The notes: generated by a model not told the origin, from the letters alone. DNA of 64,000 bases from Bacteroidota bacterium (GCA_034659275.1 JAYEGY010000117.1:42809-106808); one strand, 5' to 3'. Shown: positions 10,962-21,985, counted from the first letter of the stretch. Made by a program: numbers and translations.

Positions 10962-13025
10962 ATGAACCGTTTTTATTTGTTAACAGCATCTCTCCTTTTG
11001 ATGCTGATAAGTTATTCCTGTCAGGATACCGGAACGACAGAAAAGGCCGATTTTAACCTACAACTGACAGAACAGGAAAAAGAAGGGGGAGTAATGACCC
11101 CCGAAATTTTATGGAAGTTTAGAAGAATGGGCAATATATGCCCCTCACCCGATGGTGAGACCGTACTTTTTACCCTCACTGAGTATAAGCTTGAAAATGA
11201 AGCAAGGAGAACAAATATTTTTGCATTGCCAGTAGAGGGAGGTGATCCTGTGCAACTAACGGATGAAGGAGGCAGCTCCCCTTCATGGATAATGAAGGGT
11301 GAAAAAATTGCCTTTACAAACCAGGGAAGCCTGTGGACAATGAACCCTGATGGAAGTGATAAAAAGAAAATTGAAAATCTAGCCGATTTTGAGCTATACT
11401 CGGTATCACCACAGGACGATATGATATATTTCACCAGGAGAGTTAAGCTCGACCAGACACCAAACGAAAAACATGACATGCCGCTGGCTAACATGAGAAT
11501 AATAGATGATCTTATGTACAGGCACTGGAATTACTGGCACGATTATTCTTACAGCCATATCTTTGTTGCTTCTTTCGATGGTGAGTCAGTAACAGGTGAA
11601 AAAGATATCATGGAAGGGCAAAAATATGAATCTCCTACAGCTCCGTGGTTTGACGGCTCAGAGATAAGCTGGAGCCCCGATGGTAAAAAAATTGCATACA
11701 CCTGTAAAAAACTCCGGGATAAAGAAGCGGCAGTAAGTACAAACACAGATATATATTTATATAAGCTTGAAGATGAGAGCACAATCAACCTCAGTGAATT
11801 AAACAGGGGTTTTGACCATTATCCCGTATTTTCTCCTGATGGGTCGAAAATAGCCTGGCAGAGCCAGGAAGAAGAAGGCTATGAATCGGATTTGGAAAGA
11901 TTATTTATCTACGATTTTAATGAGCGGTCAATATCATGGCCTTCAGAAGGATGGGATTATAACATAGAGAATATTATATGGACACCCGATGCCGATAAAA
12001 TATATTTCTCCAGCCCTTACCTGGGCACTGTCCAGATCTTCAATATTGACCTCGCCTCAGGTGCCATAAATCAAATAAGTAAAGGGAAATATAATTTCAG
12101 CCCGGTTGATATTGCAGGTGATACCCTTATCACCGGTATTCAGTCTATGTCCTTGCCCACCGAGGTAGCCACTGTGGTTACAACATCAGGTGATATGAGT
12201 ATAATAAGCTCCGTTAACAGCCATATTCTCGACCACATTAAAATGGGAGAAACGGAAGAGAGGTATATCAAGGCAAGTGACGGCAAGGATTTACAAATGT
12301 GGATTATTTATCCTCCTGATTTTGATTCATCTAAAGAATACCCCGCCCTGCTCTATTGCAAGGGAGGTCCCCAGGGCCCGCTCGGACAGGGATGGTCGTA
12401 CCGGTGGAATTACCAGATGATGGCTGCAAACGGTTATATAGTGGTTGCCCCCAACAGGCGTGGTAACTCAGGCTTCGGTTCCCAATGGAGAGAACAGATA
12501 TCAGGTGACTATGGAGGAAAAAATATGCAGGATTACCTTGATGCCATTGATTATATGGCTGCCGAACCATTTGTTGATGAAGAGAGACTTGGAGCTGTGG
12601 GTGCAAGCTATGGAGGATATTCAGTCTTTTACCTGGCGGGTATTCACGAAGGCCGGTTCAAAGTCCTGATATCACATTGCGGGATGTTCAATATTGAAAG
12701 CTGGTATGGCTCAACCGAAGAACTCTGGTTCCCGAACAAGGATATTGGCGGACCATACTGGGAAGATCCGAAACCGGTGGGCTACCAATACTCACCACAT
12801 CTGAAAATAGATAAATGGACAGCTCCAATATTAATCATTGTTGGAGAACACGATTACAGGATACCTTATACACAGAGCCTTGAAGCATTTACAGCGGCAC
12901 AGATGAACGATGTACCCAGTAAATTACTATTCTTCCATAATGAAACTCACTTTGTTACCAGTCCACAGAATGCAGTTATATGGCAGAGGGAGTTTTTTGA
13001 GTGGTTAGATACCTACTTGAAATAG
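10962..13025 (+). CDS. S9 family serine peptidase (prolyl oligopeptidase / acylaminoacyl-peptidase type), lipoprotein
   Basis: 687-aa ORF with a lipobox-like N-terminus (LLMLISYSC), a beta-propeller-like middle and a C-terminal alpha/beta hydrolase with GASYGGYS. Confidence 0.85.
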   Translation: MNRFYLLTASLLLMLISYSCQDTGTTEKADFNLQLTEQEKEGGVMTPEILWKFRRMGNICPSPDGETVLFTLTEYKLENEARRTNIFALPVEGGDPVQLTDEGGSSPSWIMKGEKIAFTNQGSLWTMNPDGSDKKKIENLADFELYSVSPQDDMIYFTRRVKLDQTPNEKHDMPLANMRIIDDLMYRHWNYWHDYSYSHIFVASFDGESVTGEKDIMEGQKYESPTAPWFDGSEISWSPDGKKIAYTCKKLRDKEAAVSTNTDIYLYKLEDESTINLSELNRGFDHYPVFSPDGSKIAWQSQEEEGYESDLERLFIYDFNERSISWPSEGWDYNIENIIWTPDADKIYFSSPYLGTVQIFNIDLASGAINQISKGKYNFSPVDIAGDTLITGIQSMSLPTEVATVVTTSGDMSIISSVNSHILDHIKMGETEERYIKASDGKDLQMWIIYPPDFDSSKEYPALLYCKGGPQGPLGQGWSYRWNYQMMAANGYIVVAPNRRGNSGFGSQWREQISGDYGGKNMQDYLDAIDYMAAEPFVDEERLGAVGASYGGYSVFYLAGIHEGRFKVLISHCGMFNIESWYGSTEELWFPNKDIGGPYWEDPKPVGYQYSPHLKIDKWTAPILIIVGEHDYRIPYTQSLEAFTAAQMNDVPSKLLFFHNETHFVTSPQNAVIWQREFFEWLDTYLK

Positions 13026-13050
13026 TATAAGGTTTTGGATATTGTAAAGT

Positions 13051-13153
13051 TATGAATTATGAATATCGAATAACGAATGTCGAATATTGAAGTAATACGA
13101 ATAAAACAATTCTTCGTCATTCGCTAATCGATATTCGATATTCATCATTCAAA
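13051..13153. repeat. Inverted pair of heptad arrays (NNNGAAT x5-6 / ATTCNNN x5-6) forming a ~34-bp-arm imperfect hairpin
   Basis: The left arm 13059-13092 and the reverse complement of the right arm 13112-13145 match at 26 of 34 positions, including the first 14. The loop is ~19 nt. The right array runs into the miaA stop codon and last codons. Confidence 0.75.
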
Positions 13154-14086
13154 GCCCTGATTAATTAGTTTTAACGCTGAATCCAATTTCTGCTGGTTAT
13201 TAAGTTTGCCGTCGAGCCAGTGTATAGTAATGCCCCGCCGTTCCATACCCCTGAACCAGGTCATCTGTCTTTTTGCAAACCGGTGTATGGCAGTCTCAAG
13301 GCTCTTTTTCATCGCATCATAACTGATCCTACCCTTGAGGTAATGAGTAATATACCTGTATTCCAAACCGTAATAAGCCAGGTCATCAGGCGAGACACGC
13401 CTTTCCAGCAGAGACTTAACTTCTTCCACCATACCTGATTGCAGTCGTGATTCCAGCCTCATGCTTATTCTCTTCCGTATTTCATCCCTCTCAAAGCTGA
13501 TGCCCAGTATAAGTGGCCTTATCTGCGGGAAATAATCATCGCCGGTATCATTCTCCTGATAGTATTCCTCAATCTCAATAGCCCTTATAGCTCTTTCCCG
13601 GTCATCGATATCTGTTATGTTATGGAGGGTTTTATAAGACGAGAGTATTTTGGTCAGTTCAGCAAGCGATTTATCACCCAGCCTTCTTCTCAGTTCTTTA
13701 TTTACCGGTACTTCAATCAGCTTATACCTGCTCACTATGCTATCGATATACATACCTGAACCACCGCATACTACCGGCAGAACATCCCTTTCTTTAAGTT
13801 CCCTGTACACCCTGAGAAAATCCCGCTGGTATTCATATACGCTGTATTTACAACCCGGATCAACAATATCGATAAGATGGTAAGGTATCTTCTTCCCATC
13901 CACAATATAATCATCATAATCCTTGCCTGTGCCAATATTCATTTCACGGTATACCTGCCTGGAATCTGCACTTATTATTTCACCGCCGGTTGCTGAGGCC
14001 AGGAGGGAAGCAAAGCTGGTTTTACCTGAAGCAGTAGGCCCGGTTACCACAACTATATCCACTATATCATAATTGCTGCTTGCCAT
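13145..14086 (-). CDS. miaA: tRNA dimethylallyltransferase
   Basis: 313-aa ORF with P-loop GPTASGKTS and MiaA-typical blocks (SADSRQVYREMNIGTGK, HLIDI). Confidence 0.9.
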   Translation of the reverse strand: MASSNYDIVDIVVVTGPTASGKTSFASLLASATGGEIISADSRQVYREMNIGTGKDYDDYIVDGKKIPYHLIDIVDPGCKYSVYEYQRDFLRVYRELKERDVLPVVCGGSGMYIDSIVSRYKLIEVPVNKELRRRLGDKSLAELTKILSSYKTLHNITDIDDRERAIRAIEIEEYYQENDTGDDYFPQIRPLILGISFERDEIRKRISMRLESRLQSGMVEEVKSLLERRVSPDDLAYYGLEYRYITHYLKGRISYDAMKKSLETAIHRFAKRQMTWFRGMERRGITIHWLDGKLNNQQKLDSALKLINQGFE

Positions 14087-14143
14087 ACCTGAATTGTTTC
14101 TTTAAAATTAGTTATTTTTGCTGCTTTGTAAAATACAATCGAT

Positions 14144-14734
14144 ATGATCGACCTTCGGATGCTCAGTGACAGGGCAAGATATATTATTATACACCCGGTG
14201 AATGCTTGGGAAACGATAAGGGATGAAAGCAGGTCAGTTAGAACGGTGCAATCCTCATTTCTCATTCCTTTGCTCTTATTAATATCGCTTTCTGCCTTTG
14301 CCGGTTCATTAATATATAATCCTACGGGTCTGTCAATATTATTTCCAATAATACTGGCATTAAAGCAATTTATCAGCTTTTACCTGACTGTTTTGCTTTC
14401 ATCGTGGGTCCTCAATGAGTTTTCCCTTGTCTTTATACAAAGCAAAGATTATTCCTTTAATTTTAAGCTGGTTACATATTCTCTTACTCCTCTCTTCGTT
14501 ACTGTTTTTATAACCAGGCTCTTACCTGATCTGGCACTGATAAACATCCTTTCACTTTATGGTGCTTACATCCTGTATTGCGGTTTGAAAACTATTCAAA
14601 ATATTACAGGGCAAAGTTTATTAAGATACTTTATTGTAGCTTTGCTTACCATAATAGTATTTTATTTTGCCATAAGCTGGATGAGTAGTTCATTGCTGGA
14701 AGGCATGTATTTTGCATTTGCAGGTAAGGTATGA
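14144..14734 (+). CDS. Yip1-family integral membrane protein
   Basis: 196-aa ORF with ~5 TM helices and a Yip1/DUF1282-like N-terminus ([15 protein letters not shown]). Overlaps the smpB start by 4 nt. Confidence 0.55.
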   Translation: MIDLRMLSDRARYIIIHPVNAWETIRDESRSVRTVQSSFLIPLLLLISLSAFAGSLIYNPTGLSILFPIILALKQFISFYLTVLLSSWVLNEFSLVFIQSKDYSFNFKLVTYSLTPLFVTVFITRLLPDLALINILSLYGAYILYCGLKTIQNITGQSLLRYFIVALLTIIVFYFAISWMSSSLLEGMYFAFAGKV

Positions 14735-15192
14735 AGAAAGAAAAGAAACATAATACTGTCATTAAGAACAAGAAAGCATCACGTGATTACACCTTTATTG
14801 ATACCTATATTGCCGGGATACAGCTTACCGGTACAGAGATAAAATCAATCAGGGCAGGGAAAGTGAGTCTGGTTGATTCATATTGCAGGTTCAGAAATGG
14901 TGAATTATTTGTTACGGGAATGAATATTGCTGAATATTACTGGGGTAATATCAATAATCATGAGCCCCGGAGGGAAAGAAAGCTCTTGCTGCATAAAAAA
15001 GAATTGAAAAAGCTTGAAAGAAAAACAAAGGAAAGCGGACTGACCATCATTATGACAAAGCTGTTTATAAATGACCGCGGTATAGCCAAAGCTGAAATAG
15101 CACTTGCCAGGGGTAAAAAAGAATATGACCAGAGGGAAACACTTAAGCGAAAGGATGCACAGAGAGAAATAGACAGGAAGCTTAAGTTCTGA
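14731..15192 (+). CDS. smpB: SsrA-binding protein SmpB
   Basis: 153-aa ORF with a typical SmpB sequence ([29 protein letters not shown]…[12 protein letters not shown]). Confidence 0.93.
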   Translation: MKKEKKHNTVIKNKKASRDYTFIDTYIAGIQLTGTEIKSIRAGKVSLVDSYCRFRNGELFVTGMNIAEYYWGNINNHEPRRERKLLLHKKELKKLERKTKESGLTIIMTKLFINDRGIAKAEIALARGKKEYDQRETLKRKDAQREIDRKLKF

Positions 15193-15984
15193 TTATTCCG
15201 TCAATGTTCTTGCCAGTTCAACTGATATTTGTTCATCACCCCGGTAAGCCACAATAAAAGCATCATTAAGACCCTGGCCTTTCAATTCATCAAGATAAAC
15301 AGATGCTTCGGGATAAGTAGTAAAAGACCCGCTCTGGTATTTATATATATTACCTGTCCTGAGAATTATGATATCGTCTTTTAAGCCGCATCTTATCCTT
15401 TTTTCAAGCTCCGATTTTGTAATCTGCTCTGATGCTATTGCCACCTGGATCCTGAATTTGATTTCCTGCGGTTTTTCAATTATTACCCTATCGGGTGATA
15501 TAACATTATCGTCATGAATCTCTTCCCGGTAAAACTCCTCCAGGTCTTCTTCAACATTGGCATCCTGATCCAGGCTTATGATTACAGGACTAAATTCAAC
15601 TGATTTACGCTCTTTCCCCTCTATAACATAATCAAGTCTGCCTCCCAACCTGAAAGATCCTGCTAATGACTCATCAGCCATAGCGAGGTAACTAATTCTT
15701 ATTATTTCATCCTCGGGCAATTTTAACCATATAAAATTCACCTGGTTATTGTCCCAGTAGAAATCAGCTCCGGCGGTATTCCCGCTTTTAATCGAAAAGC
15801 CCTGTGGCAGGTCCTGGTAAAACCTGGCAAAATCGTTCATGCCCGCATTCCGTATTTCTATTCGCACAGGCACATAACTTCCGGGAGGCCAGGAAGGCTG
15901 GGTAATGACATTAATTGACTTCTCCTGTGAAGCAGCAGCCGGAGAAAGAAAAACCATCAGTGCAATAAACACAACGAATCTCAT
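15193..15984 (-). CDS. SPOR-domain protein (secreted)
   Basis: The ORF-track start at 16086 overlaps the upstream gene. Met-35 (ATG at 15984) precedes a signal peptide, MRFVVFIALMVFLSPAAAS. The C-terminus is SPOR-like (FRIQVAIASE…DAFIVAY). Confidence 0.65.
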   Translation of the reverse strand: MRFVVFIALMVFLSPAAASQEKSINVITQPSWPPGSYVPVRIEIRNAGMNDFARFYQDLPQGFSIKSGNTAGADFYWDNNQVNFIWLKLPEDEIIRISYLAMADESLAGSFRLGGRLDYVIEGKERKSVEFSPVIISLDQDANVEEDLEEFYREEIHDDNVISPDRVIIEKPQEIKFRIQVAIASEQITKSELEKRIRCGLKDDIIILRTGNIYKYQSGSFTTYPEASVYLDELKGQGLNDAFIVAYRGDEQISVELARTLTE

Positions 15985-15994
15985 AAAATAAATA

Positions 15995-16705
15995 TTAGAA
16001 GTTTGGACTAAGCAGATATTTTGTATAGAATTGATCAATAAGATCCACCGCTTCATCGGCAGTATCAACAATATTAAACAGCTCAAGATCTTCGGGTGAA
16101 ATATTAGATTCTTCCTCCAACATTGTCGTTTTAATCCATTTTAGCAATCCGCTCCAATATTTTTTACCCATCATTACAATAGGAAACTTACCTATCTTCT
16201 TTGTCTGTATCAGTGTTATGGCCTCAAAGAGTTCATCAAAGGTACCAAAGCCGCCGGGCAGTACAATAAATCCCTGGGAATATTTAACAAACATCACTTT
16301 CCTCACATAAAAATGATCAAATGTTATCAGTTTATCAAAATCGATATAGGCATTTGCTTTCTGTTCAAAAGGAAGGTCAATATTAATCCCCACTGATTTG
16401 CCTTTACCCCTGGAAGCTCCTTTATTAGCTGCTTCCATAATTCCTGGTCCCCCGCCGGTTATTATTCCATAACCTTTAGTTATCAGCTTATAAGCTATTT
16501 CTTCAGCCAGTATATAATATTTATTATCTACCTTCGTTCTGGCTGATCCAAAAATGGAGACACAGGGTCCTATCCTGGCCAGTTTTTCAAATCCTTCAAC
16601 AAACTCAGAGATGATCTTAAAGACCCTCCACGAGTCCATTGTATGGATCTCATTCCATGTTTTATTCTCGAAGGCATCCTGGACAAGGTCGTTTGATTTT
16701 TCCAT
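15995..16705 (-). CDS. LOG-family nucleotide 5'-monophosphate nucleosidase (TIGR00730-type)
   Basis: 236-aa ORF with GGGPGIMEAANKGA and the PGGFGTFDELFE motifs. Confidence 0.85.
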   Translation of the reverse strand: MEKSNDLVQDAFENKTWNEIHTMDSWRVFKIISEFVEGFEKLARIGPCVSIFGSARTKVDNKYYILAEEIAYKLITKGYGIITGGGPGIMEAANKGASRGKGKSVGINIDLPFEQKANAYIDFDKLITFDHFYVRKVMFVKYSQGFIVLPGGFGTFDELFEAITLIQTKKIGKFPIVMMGKKYWSGLLKWIKTTMLEEESNISPEDLELFNIVDTADEAVDLIDQFYTKYLLSPNF

Positions 16706-16735
16706 AATATTTAAAAATAATAAATATACACCAAG

Positions 16736-19579
16736 CTAGAAAAAATTAAGCTCCTTACTCAAGTATTTTCCGGTATAGCTATCTTTTTGTTTTGCCAGCT
16801 TCTCCGGGGTACCTGCAAATATAATATCACCACCGTATCTTCCGCCTTCCTTACCCATATCAATAATAAAATCGGCCATTTTTATAACATCCATATTATG
16901 CTCGATGACTATTACAGTATTGCCTCTGTCAACCAGCCTGTTCAGGACACACAGGAGCACCCTTACATCCTCAAAATGCAAACCTGTGGTAGGTTCATCC
17001 AGGATATAAAGCGTACGTCCCGTATCTTTCCTTGCCAATTCGGCAGCCAGTTTAACCCTTTGGGACTCCCCTCCTGACAGGGTTGTGGACGGCTGACCCA
17101 GCCTTATATAACCCAGCCCTACATCCTGTAATGTCTTAAGCTTTTTATATATAGATGGTATATTTTCAAACAGTTTCACTGAAGAATTAATTGTCATATC
17201 AAGCACATCGCTTATTGACTTCCCCTTATACTTAACTTCAAGTGTCTCCCTATTATATCGTTTACCGTTGCATTCGCTGCAATTGACATGAACGTCAGGA
17301 AGGAAATTCATTTCAATAGTCTTTACTCCTGCACCCTGGCACCCTTCACACCTGCCCCCCTTAACATTAAACGAGAACCTGCTTGCTTTAAAACCCCTGA
17401 TTTTTGCTTCAGTAGTCTGTTCAAAAAGTTTCCTTATATCGGTAAAAACACCTGTGTATGTTGCAGGGTTTGACCTTGGTGTCCTCCCTATGGGGCTCTG
17501 GTCAACCTCTATAACCTTGTCAATATTTTCAATCCCTTCAATAGTATCATATGGCAATGAAGTTTTACCTGAGCGGTGAAGTTTTGCTGCAAGAGCCGGG
17601 TGGAGGGTCTGGTTAATAAGTGATGACTTGCCACTTCCTGACACACCGGTCACACATATAAATGTACCAAGAGGAAAAGAAAGATCCACATTTTTGAGAT
17701 TATGCCCACTGGCACCTGAGATCAAGAGTTTTTTGCCGTTTCCCTCCCTTCTTGTCCCGGGAATTTCAATCTTCTTTTTACCCGACAGGTAAAGACCGGT
17801 TAAGGATTCTGTTTTACTTACCTGGCCAGGACTGCCTTCAGCCACCAGGGCACCCCCGTTTCTCCCTGCCATTGGCCCCATATCAACTATATGATCAGCC
17901 GACAACACCATTTCACGATCATGTTCCACAACTATAACGGAGTTACCGCTGTCTCGCAATTGTTTCAAGGAAGCTATTAGACGACGGTTATCTCTCTGAT
18001 GGAGGCCAATGCTGGGCTCATCAAGTATATAAAGGACATTTATCAACCGTGACCCGATCTGTGTGGCGAGTCTTATCCTCTGGCTTTCGCCGCCGGAAAG
18101 TGTTCTCGCTCCCCTGTTAAGTGATAGGTAATCGAGGCCCACGTCAAGAAGGAAGCCAATACGTGAACGAATTTCTTTAAGTATTTCCGAGGCAATTTTT
18201 TTCTGCCTCTCACTCAACTTAGGTTCGAGACTGTCAATAAAATCGGCCAGCTCCCTTATATCCATGAACGACAGTTCTCCCAGGTTCTTTCCTCCCAACC
18301 TGTAATATAAAGCTTCTTTCTTGAGCCTGGTCCCTTTGCATTCAGGGCATGTTTTATAATATATATAATTGTTTTTCGACCTGCTACTTTCCCTACCTCC
18401 ATTGATAACTTCCTGGTTACCAATATAGTTAATCACACCTTCGAAGGTAAGGAAATAATTAGATGTTATCCCCAGGGGAGTGTTTGAAAGCTTGAGCACT
18501 TCATCTGAACCGTAGAGGATGGTGTTCATTGCTTCATCCGGTATATTTTTTATCGGTGTGTCGAGGCTAAAGCCGTACTTATCGGCTATTGTTTCCAACT
18601 GCCAGAATATCCACATATTACGATATTTACCTATAGCCTCGATGCCTCCCTTTCTGATACTTAAACTGTCATCCGGTATTATCTTTTTCACATCTACTTC
18701 ACTAACCACACCAAGGCCATTGCAGCGCGGGCATGCCCCCTGGGGTGAATTAAATGAGAAGGTGTGTGGTGCAGGTTCATTATAAGATATACCTGTTGTA
18801 GGACACATTAAATACCTGCTGAAGTATGAAGGTTCTTTCCCGTCTGCGTCCAGAACCATCATAACACCATCTCCCTGGTCGAGTGAAAAAAGTATTGAAT
18901 CGCGGAGGCGACGTTCATTTACCTTTGAGGGTATAAATTTATCAACAACTATTTCTATATAATGTGTCTTGTATCGGTCGAGCCTCATTTCCGGTTCAAG
19001 TTCACGTATAAGCCCATCGATTCTCATATTCAGGAAGCCCTTGCGCCTAAGCTGTTCAAATAGTTCTTGATAATGTCCTTTCCGCCCCTTTACTACGGGA
19101 GCCAGGAAATATATTTTCCTGTCCCTGTATCTTTTTTTTATCAGGTCAATTATCTGCTCATCGGTATATCTCACCATCTTCTCTCCCGTAGCATATGAAT
19201 AAGCATCGGCAGCTCTTGCGTATAAGAGTCTGAGGTAATCATATATTTCAGTAATTGTACCTACAGTAGACCTGGGATTTTTATTGGTTGATTTCTGCTC
19301 TATAGAGATAACAGGGCTCAGACCGGTTATTTTATCTACGTCGGGTCTTTCCATTCCCCCGAGAAATTGCCTGGCATATGCCGAGAATGTTTCCAGATAC
19401 CTGCGCTGCCCCTCGGCATATATAGTATCGAATGCAAGTGAAGATTTACCGCTTCCACTCAGGCCGGTTATTACCACAAGCTTTTCCCTGGGTATCTTAA
19501 CATCAATATTTTTAAGATTATGAACCCTGGCCCCTCTTACATGTATCCTATCTTCGTATATACTTTCTGTCCCTTTCAC
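16736..19579 (-). CDS. uvrA: Excinuclease ABC subunit A
   Basis: 947-aa ORF with two ABC ATPase modules (GLSGSGKSSLAF, GVSGSGKSSLI) and zinc-finger cysteines. Confidence 0.97.
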   Translation of the reverse strand: MKGTESIYEDRIHVRGARVHNLKNIDVKIPREKLVVITGLSGSGKSSLAFDTIYAEGQRRYLETFSAYARQFLGGMERPDVDKITGLSPVISIEQKSTNKNPRSTVGTITEIYDYLRLLYARAADAYSYATGEKMVRYTDEQIIDLIKKRYRDRKIYFLAPVVKGRKGHYQELFEQLRRKGFLNMRIDGLIRELEPEMRLDRYKTHYIEIVVDKFIPSKVNERRLRDSILFSLDQGDGVMMVLDADGKEPSYFSRYLMCPTTGISYNEPAPHTFSFNSPQGACPRCNGLGVVSEVDVKKIIPDDSLSIRKGGIEAIGKYRNMWIFWQLETIADKYGFSLDTPIKNIPDEAMNTILYGSDEVLKLSNTPLGITSNYFLTFEGVINYIGNQEVINGGRESSRSKNNYIYYKTCPECKGTRLKKEALYYRLGGKNLGELSFMDIRELADFIDSLEPKLSERQKKIASEILKEIRSRIGFLLDVGLDYLSLNRGARTLSGGESQRIRLATQIGSRLINVLYILDEPSIGLHQRDNRRLIASLKQLRDSGNSVIVVEHDREMVLSADHIVDMGPMAGRNGGALVAEGSPGQVSKTESLTGLYLSGKKKIEIPGTRREGNGKKLLISGASGHNLKNVDLSFPLGTFICVTGVSGSGKSSLINQTLHPALAAKLHRSGKTSLPYDTIEGIENIDKVIEVDQSPIGRTPRSNPATYTGVFTDIRKLFEQTTEAKIRGFKASRFSFNVKGGRCEGCQGAGVKTIEMNFLPDVHVNCSECNGKRYNRETLEVKYKGKSISDVLDMTINSSVKLFENIPSIYKKLKTLQDVGLGYIRLGQPSTTLSGGESQRVKLAAELARKDTGRTLYILDEPTTGLHFEDVRVLLCVLNRLVDRGNTVIVIEHNMDVIKMADFIIDMGKEGGRYGGDIIFAGTPEKLAKQKDSYTGKYLSKELNFF

Positions 19580-19584
19580 AATTA

Positions 19585-20526
19585 TTAATATGCATTTGTC
19601 CGTGCGCTATCCACAGGTATCTTGATACTGTACGACAGGCCTGACCTGTTATTGAGGTATGGTTGTCTCAACCATGGATTTAATGCTTTCAGTATCTTAT
19701 AGTTTGTTCCGAAGCTGGCCGCAAAATCAGCGAAGCTGTTAACTGTTGTATCAACAAGAACTGTGGTATATTCCAGGGGTGGATAAAGATGCTCATCGGG
19801 TATATCAAATCCATAGTTGTCCGGATTAGTGAAAATAGTCTTAAATGCCAGTATCCTGAAAATATACCTCGATGTTTCTTCCGGAAGGAGAAGATCATAG
19901 TAATTATCCTGGTCTTGTATATCTATCAAATTATCAACGCCATTTGATCCCCTGTTGTATGATGCTGCAACCATAGTCCAGTTACCGTATTTCTCATATG
20001 ATTTAAGGAAATATCTGCAGGCAGCAGCAGTTGATTTTTCCAGGTGGTAACGTTCATCTATCTCCCGGTTGATTTCCAGCCCGTATTCTTCAGCCGTAGA
20101 AGTCATGAATTGCCAGAAACCTGTTGCCCCTACCGGAGAAACGGCATTTGTGAGATTGCTTTCAGCCACAGCCAGGTATTTAAAATCATCAGGTATACCA
20201 TATGCCCTGAGAATAGGTTCAATCACAGGGAAATATCGATTTGCCCTTTTGATTAGTAACATTGTTGAAGAATGGAAGTAAGCATTTGAATTAAGTTCTC
20301 GATCAAGGCTTTCGCGCGTATCATAATTCTCAAGAGGAACCCTTTCACCGGCAAAATACAATGAATCAGGAAGCTCAAAAGATATGACACGCTGCTTATC
20401 CTGAGGTAATATTCTTCCTTCAGTTCTCTGTTCAGCAGCATAATCCTGCATGAGCCCTATTATTACAAATACCAGAGCAATCGCACCTATTCCTGCGAGA
20501 GTTTTCACAACCCACCTATTATCCAT
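19585..20526 (-). CDS. Lytic transglycosylase (SLT domain, MltD-like), membrane anchored
   Basis: 313-aa ORF with an N-terminal TM segment and an SLT catalytic block (LAVAESNLTNAVSPVGATGFWQFM). Confidence 0.8.
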   Translation of the reverse strand: MDNRWVVKTLAGIGAIALVFVIIGLMQDYAAEQRTEGRILPQDKQRVISFELPDSLYFAGERVPLENYDTRESLDRELNSNAYFHSSTMLLIKRANRYFPVIEPILRAYGIPDDFKYLAVAESNLTNAVSPVGATGFWQFMTSTAEEYGLEINREIDERYHLEKSTAAACRYFLKSYEKYGNWTMVAASYNRGSNGVDNLIDIQDQDNYYDLLLPEETSRYIFRILAFKTIFTNPDNYGFDIPDEHLYPPLEYTTVLVDTTVNSFADFAASFGTNYKILKALNPWLRQPYLNNRSGLSYSIKIPVDSARTNAY

Positions 20527-20674
20527 ATAGTAAATATTAAATAATTTAAAAATACATCCTGCCTGATAAACATTTCTTTTTTTTCAGGGCAAGGCACCAC
20601 TAAATTAACGAATATGCAAAGTTAATGTTTTTGCATACACATCATTAATTCAAATATGATTTACGATATGTTTT

Positions 20675-21985
20675 TCAGAACCTGAAGTGCATTCCGGAGA
20701 AAATACCAAAGGTATAAGGATTGCCTGAACCAAGGTCGCCTCCGGTATTCAGGTAATATCTGACCTGCGGTTCAAGATTAAGTGAAAGTCTGTCACTCAG
20801 TTCGTATTCCATGCTCATACCAAGGGAACTTGACAGCAGCAAGTGATCAATCCCTTCCGTGGAACCTATCAGTACTTTTGACCCTTCATTATTAATAGCC
20901 CAGGTCTGGTTTCCTAGAAGGAAGTTATAAGACATACCTCCGAGAATATTGAAATCTATTTTTCTATCTATCAACTTATACCTGACAATAACTGGTATTT
21001 CAAGGTATTCAAAATTTTGTCTCAGTTGATTGCCAAATGTCGTAAGGCCTGATTTAACCGGATCAAAGTCATCTACAGAGTAATAACCGTCTATCCTGTC
21101 ACCCTCTATATCTAACAGGTAGATATCCGTATTTGTAGAATTGACAGTTCCTGAACTTGTCCGGACACCAAATAGCACACCGCTTTTTGAGCTGGCAAAG
21201 GATTCAAAGCCGGAATAAGATGTTACTCCTTCTACCTCACGCCCCAGCGATGAATAATAAAGGCCCGTTTGTATACTAAGCCTCCCGGTCATGCTGTAAC
21301 TGAGACTGAAGCCGCCGGTGTATGATAAAACGGCTTTTTCATTATTGTTTACCTGGCTTAAAACCCGGTTTGCAGTTTTCAGGCTATTAGAAAGATAAGT
21401 GGGTGATATCATAGCTCCCAGTTTCCACCTTTTTTGCTTTACCTCGGTGACAGGTTCGACCGGGAAAATTTCCGAAATAAAAACAACGGAAGGACTGGTC
21501 CTGACTGGAACTTCAGCAGGCACATCACTATATCTGAGAACATTGTTGTTTAGCTTTTCGTATGCCAGATCGACCTTTTGATGATTGCTGATTTGACCTG
21601 GCATCAAATCGTTTTCAGAACCGGGCAGGGGCTCGTCGGTGCTTGCCAGGGGAACAGGCGGTTTTTCAGCCACTACCTCTCCCTTCGGTGCCTCAACGGG
21701 AATATCGATATAGGAAGGTTCAAAAAGGATGGAAAGATTATTCCCGGCACTAGCCATTGCCTGTTCACTATTTATATCCAGCACTTTACCGGCATAAAAA
21801 TATGCCATCAAAGCCAGAGAAGTAAGTATTGCTATACCTGCAGCTATCCTTAAGAATAAACCTACCCCCTTCTTTTTTCTTATAACCGGTTCAATATTTT
21901 CCCATACCGATGCTGGGGGAAGTACTTCTGTATCTTTAAGCCCATCCCTGAATAATACATCAATATGTGAATCGCTTTTAACCAT
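20675..21985 (-). CDS. Anti-sigma-like membrane protein with C-terminal beta-barrel-like domain
   Basis: 436-aa ORF that overlaps the ECF sigma gene by 8 nt. It has a short cytoplasmic N-terminus and one TM segment (LFLRIAAGIAILTSLALMAYFYAG). The C-terminal ~230 aa has alternating beta-strand character and ends in …GMHFRF, an aromatic terminus. Confidence 0.5.
   Translation of the reverse strand: MVKSDSHIDVLFRDGLKDTEVLPPASVWENIEPVIRKKKGVGLFLRIAAGIAILTSLALMAYFYAGKVLDINSEQAMASAGNNLSILFEPSYIDIPVEAPKGEVVAEKPPVPLASTDEPLPGSENDLMPGQISNHQKVDLAYEKLNNNVLRYSDVPAEVPVRTSPSVVFISEIFPVEPVTEVKQKRWKLGAMISPTYLSNSLKTANRVLSQVNNNEKAVLSYTGGFSLSYSMTGRLSIQTGLYYSSLGREVEGVTSYSGFESFASSKSGVLFGVRTSSGTVNSTNTDIYLLDIEGDRIDGYYSVDDFDPVKSGLTTFGNQLRQNFEYLEIPVIVRYKLIDRKIDFNILGGMSYNFLLGNQTWAINNEGSKVLIGSTEGIDHLLLSSSLGMSMEYELSDRLSLNLEPQVRYYLNTGGDLGSGNPYTFGIFSGMHFRF

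Noticed and set aside
9938-12606. Antisense ORFs inside recA and the S9 peptidase (9938..10237, 10268..10450, 10613..10819, 11021..11494, 11549..11788, 12331..12606)
   Set aside because: They lie fully within strongly supported genes on the opposite strand and have low-complexity translations. They are typical shadow ORFs. The same reasoning applies to the other short antisense ORFs in the track.
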